Assembly (NCBI GenBank): GCA_009914755.4
Contig: CP068257.2
Span: 15,200,001-15,264,000 of the forward strand
Direction: 5' to 3'
DNA from: the human T2T-CHM13v2.0 reference genome, Homo sapiens
Length of the DNA stretch: 64,000 nt
Part shown: positions 52,111 to 64,000 of the stretch, piece after piece
How the letters are laid out: each line of letters starts with the position of its first letter
How positions within the stretch are numbered: the first letter of the stretch is position 1
Program-made: the position numbers and the translations under genes
Notes under the pieces: generated by a model
Seen by the model: the letters and a program-made list of their open reading frames with translations, nothing else
Database searches by the model: none
What the model was told of the DNA's origin: nothing

Positions 52111-52687
52111 ACTTGGATTGTGCCCCAAAAAACTTGTCATCACTACTGTCTTCTGTCTAGTCATACTCCTATTCACCGTTCTCAACTACTCATACATGCC
52201 CTGCTCTTGTTTACACTGCCAGTTTACACTGTTTCTCCAAGCCATCACAGCTGATATCTCCTGGTGCTATCCCCAAACCGCCACTCTAACTCTTAAAGTA
52301 AATAAATAATCTTTGCTGGCAGGGCTATGCTGAACCTCCTTAGGCACTCTCTAATTAGATGTCCTGGATCCTCCCAATTCTTATTCCTTTAGTACCTGTT
52401 TTTCTCCTTATCTTATTCCGTTTAGTTTTTCAATTCATACAAAACCATATCCAGGCCATCACCAATAATTCTAAATGACAAATGTTTCTTCTAACAACCC
52501 CACAATATCACCCCTTACCACAAATCTTCCTTCAGTTTAATCTCTCCCACTCTAGGTTCCCACGCTGCCCCAATCCCGCTCGAAGCAGCCCTGAGAAACA
52601 TCGCCCATTATCTCTCCATACCATTCCCCAAAATTTTCGCCGTCCCAACATTTTACCACTATTTCATTTTATTTTTCTTATTAACAT

Positions 52688-52700
52688 AAGAAGACAGGAA
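52688..52700 (+). promoter_or_regulatory. Polypurine tract preceding the 3' LTR
   Basis: aagaagacaggaa immediately 5' of the tgtcagg LTR start. Confidence 0.7.
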
Positions 52701-53106
52701 TGTCAGGCCTCTGAGCCCAAGCTAAGCCCTCATATCCCTTGTGACCTGCACGTACACATCCAGGTGGCCGGTTCCTGCCTTAACTGCTGACATTCGACCA
52801 CAAAAGAAGTGAAAATGGCCTGTTCCTGCCTTAACTGATGGCATTATCTTGTGAAATTCCTTTTCCTCGCTCATCCTGGCTCAAAAGCTCCCCCACTGAG
52901 TACCTTGTGACCCCCCCACTCCTGCCCGCCAGAGAAGAACCCCCCTTTTTCCTTTACCTATCCAAATCTTATAAAACAGCCCCACCCCTATCTCCCTTCA
53001 CTGACTCTCTTTTCGGACTCAGCCCACCTGCACCCAGGTGAAATAAACAGCTTTATTGCTCACACAAAGCCGGTTTGGTAGTCTCTTCACACGGATGCGC
53101 ATGAAA
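52701..53106 (+). promoter_or_regulatory. HERV-H 3' LTR (LTR7 family)
   Basis: Colinear with the 5' LTR. By eye there are roughly 30 differences over about 405 bp, i.e. roughly 7% divergence. Confidence 0.9.
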
Positions 53107-53336
53107 CTTATTCGTTTTTTCTGCTTCTATTACTATTTGATACTCTCTTATTCAGCTGTTTACCTTTGTTTCTCACCCCTGCTTGAATGTAAGCTCCACA
53201 AAATTGGAAACAAACTTGTTTTCTGTTGAGTGCCCAGAATATAAACTGGACTCTTATACACATGAAAAGCTCCATAGTTATTGAAGGAAATAAGCAGAGT
53301 GCTTCAACAATACCAAATGACTTGTGGCTATCAAAA

Positions 53337-53814
53337 TGTTGTATTAGTCCACTCTCACATTGCTATAAAGAACTGCCCGAGACTGGGTAATTTATAAAGA
53401 CAAGAAGTTTAATTGACTTACAGTTCCACATGGCTGGGGAGGCCTCAGGAAACTTACAATCATGGCAGAAGGGGAAGAAGGTACACCTTACATGGTGGCG
53501 GGTGAGAGAGAGCAAGCAAAGGGGGAAGACCCCTGTATAAAACCATCAGATCTTGTGAGAACTCACTCATTATCATGAGAACAGCATGGGGGAAACTGTC
53601 CGCATGTTCCAATCACCTCCGACCAGGGCAAAGGGGGAAGACCCCTGTATAAAACCATCAGATCTTGTGAGAACTCATTCATTATCATGAGAACAGCATG
53701 GGGGAAACTGTATGCATGTTCCAATCACCTCTGACAAGGGCCCTTCCTAGACACCTGGTGATCACAATTTGAGAAGAGATTTGGGTGAGGACATAAAGCC
53801 AAACCATATCAGTG
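53337..53814 (-). mobile_element. MaLR solo LTR (THE1/MST family) with an internal 112-bp tandem duplication
   Basis: gtattagtccactctcacattgctataaagaactgcccgagactgggtaatttataaag...cacatggctggggaggcctcaggaaacttacaatcatggcagaagg...ttgggtgaggacataaagccaaaccatatca is the reverse complement of the THE1/MST LTR consensus (tgatatggtttggctgtgtcc...ccttccgccatgattgtgaggcctccccagccatgtgg...cccagtctcgggtat...gagaacggactaatacag). There are two near-identical 112-bp copies at 53517-53628 and 53629-53740. Confidence 0.8.
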
Positions 53815-56672
53815 TTCATTCTTGCCTATATGCCTTGTGAACATAGTATTCACTCTGTTTTGTTCCCCTTGCCTGCTGAGACAATGCCAATGTGTTCTTT
53901 AATATTTAATTTTAATGTATCATCTCTCTGAAGATTTTGGTGACTGTCTTCATTTCTATTTCAGTATTCATTGCTATGTAAAAAACCATCCCCAATCATA
54001 GTGGCTTAAAACACTCATAGTTTATTATTTCTGAAATATCTCATCTTTATTAGGCTTAGCTTGGTAGTTCTCTGCTCTGTGTATGGTCATTCACTTAGCA
54101 GCATTGAGCTTGGAAGCTGGACTGGCTGATCTGAGGCTAAAAGGACAAATAAGACTTTACTAAATGGTTTAGTGTCACTCCATTTGGCTAGTGTGGGCTT
54201 CCTCCAAGCATCATGGTTTCAGACTAGTGTCCCTTCTTATATGGCAGCTAATTTCAAGAGAGAACATGAAATATACCAGGTTCTTAAAATCAAAACCCAG
54301 AATGGAACTGGCACAATGACATATCTGCCACATTCTATCGGCCAAAGAAAGCAACAAATACGCCTAGTTTCAAAAACAGGTGTGATCATTCATTTTGATT
54401 CGGCCACAGAGTGCCCAGATATTTTTTCAAACATTATTCTGGGTGTATCTGTGGTGTGTCTGGATGAGATTAACATTTGAATTGGAGTAAAGGAGATTAC
54501 ACTTTCTAATGTGGGTGGCCCTTATCCAATCAGTTCAAGGTCTGAATGCAATAAAAAGGCTGACCCTTCCTTGAATAAGAGAAAATTCCTCCTATCTGCC
54601 TATCTTTGAGCTGGCACTTCAACTGTTTTTCCTGCTTTTGGACTCAGATTGAAACATTAGCTCTTCTAGGACCTCAAACCTTCCAGCCTTTGTACAAGAA
54701 GTATAGGAACTATACCATTGGCTTCCCTGAGTCTCTATCTTGCTATTCATCACACATATCTTGGGACTTTACAGAGTATGTCATTGGAGAATACATAATT
54801 GCATGAGAATTGCACACACACGTACATATAACATATACATATATTTATAAAACATATACATGTAATAAGTCTACATAAAATGGTTTGCTCTTCCTTTGAA
54901 GAGCAACAGCATCCTGAGCTCTCCTGTTATGCCATTCACTACATACCTCTACAATTTGATGATTTATCTATCTTTTCTACTGGATTTTTAATACTTTAAG
55001 AGGGGAGATAACATTTCTCTCTACATGTCTAGCATTTGATCTCAATATAGTATTTAATGATACTTGGTGAATGAATGAATAATAAATGTACTCTATATTT
55101 ATAAATTTTTAATTCTTACTTTTATAAACTTTATAATTCCTTTTTAACTTCCATTTAGTTACTATATACTCCAAGAAATACACTGCACTATTTCTCTAAG
55201 ACACCATTTCTACCTTTAAGATCTTTAAATAATTCAGAACAATATAGAACCAATAATACACAATTGTTACTGTGCAGTATCTCTTCTCCATTTGAGCCAA
55301 AAGAAGATAACCTGGTTCTAACTAATAACATTATCCTATAAAACATTTTTTGAGATAAATTTTAAATTATAAAATTATTTTTATACTTAGAAAATTTTAA
55401 AAATCACACTAAAATAGCTATATTTTTTAAATCTATGAAAGAAGATCATACACTTTTCTAAAGATTTTGTGCTGAATTGATCCTTCTTTGTCTGAAAATA
55501 TTAGATATCCCAGTGTCAGAATTATCATGGGGTGTAAAGACTTCAGCACATATCTCTTATAAAGATTATGTCTGGGCTAATATCCCTCCTACCTCATTCT
55601 TTCCCCTCACACTGTGACCTCTGCATCTTTAACAAAGAAAAGACAATAAAAGACAATTTTAGAGCTTTGGAACGGCCTGAAGTTTGCTTTATCAAGGACA
55701 ATACTGGCAACTTTCCAGAAACCTGGAGGCCATGGCTCATCTGCAAATCATGTACATATATTTGCATGAATTTTATTTTGATTAGTAGCCTCAACCCATG
55801 ATGGTACTTAGGAAGAATGAAGCATTTTACATATATGAATAAATGAAGACAATTTAGTAGTCTTAATGCTCATGGCTGTATTTTCCCTATTTCTTAAGTC
55901 TAATTCTCCTCATCCATCCCCTTCTTGTTATTCCTTCTCTTTAAATTCATATGGGTGTTGCTTTTCTTTTTTGTTGTTGTTATTTTCTTTTTTTAGCATA
56001 CTGATTCTGTGTAGATGGTGGGAAGGAAGTTGCCCTGCTATTGTGTTTTATTGATCCATTTAACCTAGATCTATTATAAAATCATTATTACTTAGTGATT
56101 TTTGCAAAGTTTTTTTTTTTCATCTCAACTGAAATGAATTGGCATCTTTTTGGGCTGAGTCAGTGGAATACGTGAAGCTTGAAATCTGTGCAATTTTGTT
56201 TTGAAGAGGTTGTCTTTAAGGTGCTCCATAAACTAAAATATAATTTTAGGGACAAATATGTAAAAGCTGCATATAAATGTGCTAAAATAGGCAAAAAAGA
56301 ATTACTATTCTATTAACAGCTTTTAATTTTTATGAAACTTTGTATTGAAATAATAGAAAATTCTTGAGAGCATATGAGAAGTGATTAAATGGTGGTTAAT
56401 AACTAGTTTAATGACCAGTGATGTAAGTCTGTAAACTTTACCAAAAAATCCTTATGCACTTAATGTAGTCAATGACTGATAAAGAAAATGATTTTTCTCT
56501 GTGTATTCAATGTAGATTTTTCCCAGAGAATGAAAGGCAATCAATTCTAGATTTGGGGAAACAAAATTTTTTCTTCCTTACCTTGCTAATTCATTTTGTG
56601 TTCTTTCCTCTTTTCTGTTCTTTTCTCTCTTATTTTGTTCTTTTACAGTCTGACACACTTAATTTCTTTCTA

Positions 56673-56970
<298 letters not shown>

Positions 56971-59280
56971 TTCTAGTATTTTAGTATAGTCAGATTTTCT
57001 ACAAGCAATAATATATTTATGTTTGTATTAGTTATTTCTCAGTAGGGCCTAGTTTATTTATAAGGAATAATATTTATTTATTCCTCTTGTATTTGGAGCA
57101 ATGGAAAAACATATGAAATTATTTCAGAATATGATTAATGTCTCCCATTTATAAGCTGTAAAGATGGTAATACAGTTATAAATATTTAAAGATAAAAATC
57201 CACAAATATTATAGAGAACTCAATGTTACAAAGTAATAGAAATATTACTGTGAATAGTAATTTAGGAATTTAGGTTAAAATGAATTTGGAATTTGGATCC
57301 ATTGGTGTTTGATCACAGAAGCAGATGACAAGGAGAGATATAGAATAAAGAATTTATTATGAGGTAATCCTTTACACAACTATGGGATCTGATGAGGAAG
57401 ATCATGGAGAAGCTGTTGTACCTGAAGTCTTGTTGGTTGTCAGAGTCAGCAGTTGTGAAGGAGGGCTGCACTGGATAGAGTAGAATTGAGTGGAAATAAA
57501 CTAGGACTCATCAGGATAAACTGGAACTCATGAGGATAAATTAGAACTCAAATCTGATTTTCACAACCTCTAACCTGGCCTAAGGGACCTACAGGAGAAT
57601 GTAGTGCCCTTTGTCACAGAGTTGCTAATGCCCTTGTTCCAGAACGTGAAAATTCCAAAACGGAAGATCCAGTAGGATCTGGAGGGCTTCTCAGCCTGGC
57701 TGCTGCCACATAACAACAAGGTGAGCTAGTAGATGCACAAAAACATGAGAAAGCAGAAGCAATATCTAGTGCCCTACACTGAATTTCAGAAGGTCCACCT
57801 TCTGCTTTACTTCTGCCGTCTGAATTTTTTGCAAATTTCTCTTGCAGCCTGCCCTAACCAGGAACCATACCAGAAGAGCATTTGGAGAAAAGTACTTTCA
57901 GCTTAACCTAAGCTGATACAGAAAAATACATCACCATCAACCTTTTGTCTACTTTTCAAACATATGAACTTCTCTCGATTATATACCCATCATTCAAATA
58001 AAGACAATATTTGAGTCACCAAAAGTGCCGTGCAACCTCCTTTGTCCAACTAATTGCATTATAAACTTTTCTGCAGAAGAAAACACAAGTCCTTTATTGA
58101 TCTTAGGATGGTTTTACTCTTCTTCTAGCTGACATCTTCTTCCATTTCAATATTCCATCACTTAAATATTGATTTTTTCTTGGGGAAAATTTTCATAAGT
58201 ATTGTATATTTCTGCATGTCACCAAAGACATTAACAGCTATTTTACTTTGTACTGTCTTTCCAAGGACATTTGGAAGACAGAAATTGTTACCTCTTAGGA
58301 TAGTAAAAATAGAAGTTATTATTCTAGAGTAAGAAAGAAAATGTTTTTATCCAGAGGGGAGTATAATCCAAGATTTTCCTCTATACAATCTAGGACTCCT
58401 AATATCAGTATTACCTTCCTGCAATGTCTTCAATGCAATGGGCAGGCAACACATAGCTCTCATCACATCACATCATTCTGTAAGAATTGGGGCTTGAATA
58501 ACATTGGGGCACAATACTGTTACTTAGGCTAGTGCTATTGTTGTGAGTAATAAACTGTCTTTTGTCCCTGACCCAGGCATGTCATGTCTTCTGCTAGTAT
58601 CTATGGAACTGGCTAATCTGTTAACTTGCAAGTAGGGTAAAAACTCAGACCCTGAACACTTTCTAGTGACACTGAGATATCAAATTGAAATTAAATCATC
58701 TATATACATGTAACATGCCATATAGTATGAAAATAAGGAAAATGGTTAATGTATCCAGAAAAATATCCATGTGAAAATAATAAAGTAACATTCATAGCTA
58801 TTATGATGCTCTTTTCTACAACTGGTCACATGGTTGTAGCTGATATTTATGACTTTCTTCTGCCATTGCTGATCCATATTTCCTTAGTTCTCACAAAGCT
58901 CTAGTTGGTTGTGGTCTCTTGTCTGTCAGAGTGAGCCAAATCTTCACTGTTGTTCTTAAATTGATACAAAACATTTGTTTGGATTTATGGGGTACATGGG
59001 ATATTTTATTACATGCATAGAATTTGTAATGATCAAGTCAGGGTATTTAGGGTATCATCACCTTAAATGTTTATTATTTCTTTGTGTTGGGAACATTTCA
59101 AGTCCTCTTTTCCAGGTCACTAAAAGGGCCTAATAGACAGAGTACATTTCATCCAACAGCTTCATAATATACATCTTTCTATTTAGTACATAAAATAGTG
59201 TCCAGGATAGGTGACATGTTAAGCCACAAATAGAGTCTTAATAAATTAAAAAAATAGAAACTATGTCAAGTATTTTCTCA

Positions 59281-59429
59281 AATAACATTGTAATAAAACT
59301 ATAAATCAGTAAGAAGAAAAAATTTGGAAAGTATACAAATACATGAATATTTTATCAATTAATAATGTAATAAAATTATAAATCAGTAACAAGAATAATT
59401 TGGAAAGTATACAATACATAAAAATTAAA

Positions 59430-59430
<1 letters not shown>
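59281..59430. repeat. Imperfect ~75-bp tandem duplication abutting the 5' truncation point of the downstream L1
   Basis: aataacattgtaataaaactataaatcagtaagaagaaaaaatttggaaagtatacaaatacat... versus aataatgtaataaaattataaatcagtaacaagaataatttggaaagtatacaatacat... (~85% identity). Confidence 0.8.
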
Positions 59431-62990
<3,560 letters not shown>

Positions 62991-64000
62991 TTGAATTTAA
63001 TCACAGGACATAAAAATAGTAATAGGATCTCCAGGAAATCTCCAGCATTTCAGACTTAGTCCTCCTTGCCTCTATTATGTAATAGTGACCCAAGTTTCCC
63101 TTGACAGTCATAATTAATCACTCACCCATAAAGTAAACCTCTTGATTCACTGGCATGAGGAAGGCAGGTGGCCAATTTGGCAATGTTAACTCCCTGTTTA
63201 ATGAAACCATTGCTATGTCCCCTATTAGAAGTATTTCTTCCTTGGGAACAAGACTAATATAACCCACAGTTACGCAGATAGAAAACAAATGTTTCCACTA
63301 GAGGAACACTAGACATAGCAGTAAAAAAAAAAATTACTCAATTTTTAGTTCTTGATCCCTGGAACCATTACACCTGGCTTTGAGAGAAAAAACAAAGACA
63401 TCCCAGTAAAAGCATTCTAGAAAAAACAAAGACACCCTGAAAAACATTACCTTAGCCTCATGAACTATTGCCACCAAACTGGTGCCATAACTCAATTATC
63501 AAAAATTTAGTTCAATATTCAATGGGGTAACATGGTGAAGTTAATTGGTTGGATAAGCATAAGCCCATTGCCACATTGCTGTAAAATGAATGTCTGTTTC
63601 AGTGTAAACAAAGAATTGCCTCTTCTTTGACGGAAGAGGGCCTATGTAATCAACCTAATGTCAGATGGCTCACTGATCTTCCAAGATTAGTGCCATATTA
63701 GAGATTCAGTTTTGCTCTTTGCTGCTGGAAGGACAGAGACTCAGAATGGCTGCCACCATATTGACTGTGGTAAGTGAAAGTCCATGTTGCAGTTTCCATG
63801 TATCAACACCATTGTTATTCTGTTTATGGCCTTGGAAAATCACATGGGACAGATATGCATAGAATGAGTCATTGAGTCCCCTGAGTGTCCTCAGTAAGCA
63901 ATCATATGGAATACAATATTTTCATACCTCATATTCCACACCCAAAACTTTTCCTCAGACCTCCTTGTCACCAGTTTTCCAATCACATTTCTTAGAAGTC

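Larger units (their letters stand above)
47074..53106 (+). mobile_element. HERV-H provirus (LTR7-type LTRs, ~6.0 kb deleted form) with 5-bp TSD CTTAT
   Basis: Both LTRs begin tgtcaggcctctgagcccaagctaagcc and end ...ctcttcaca[t/c]gga[c/t]g[g/c]gcatgaaa (LTR7 consensus). A tRNA-His PBS follows the 5' LTR and a PPT precedes the 3' LTR. cttat occurs at 47069-47073 and 53107-53111. The internal region carries gag NC, PR, RT and IN remnants in the expected order. Confidence 0.95.

Overview
This window is primate (almost certainly human or great-ape) nuclear genomic DNA, not a prokaryotic locus. It is AT-rich and gene-poor, with no CpG island, no rRNA or tRNA genes, no CRISPR array, and no host exon I can support. 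I saw no sign of a novel or undescribed biological system; the window is an ordinary retroelement-rich intergenic or intronic region. Nearly all interpretable sequence is retrotransposon-derived, and every long ORF in the supplied track is a translation of a retroelement or an Alu.

Main content:
- **Seven Alu SINEs**: some have poly(A) tails and clear target-site duplications (TSDs).
- **One MIR SINE.**
- **At least five LINE-1 copies or fragments.** One is a near full-length (~5.6 kb) but dead L1 on the + strand (ORF1 coiled-coil, ORF2 EN/RT/C-terminus).
- **Two MaLR-type solo LTRs.**
- **A structurally complete ~6.0 kb HERV-H provirus** (47074-53106, + strand). It has two LTR7-type LTRs, a tRNA-His primer-binding site, a polypurine tract, a 5-bp CTTAT target-site duplication, a gag nucleocapsid with two CCHC zinc knuckles, a protease with a mutated active site, a 335-aa open reverse-transcriptase ORF with the YIDD motif, and an integrase remnant.

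The most interesting details:
- The HERV-H provirus, a family that drives lncRNAs in pluripotent cells.
- A ~200-bp young-L1 fragment at 39908-40104 that carries 15-bp TSDs but has the poly(A) on the antisense side. This suggests a retroposed antisense-L1-containing transcript.
- A 112-bp tandem duplication inside a THE1/MST-type LTR.
- An Alu nested in an old L1 with a 13-bp TSD and an internal deletion.

All coordinates are by-eye estimates, mostly within about ±10 bp. Family and subfamily names are from memory of consensus sequences, not from a database search.
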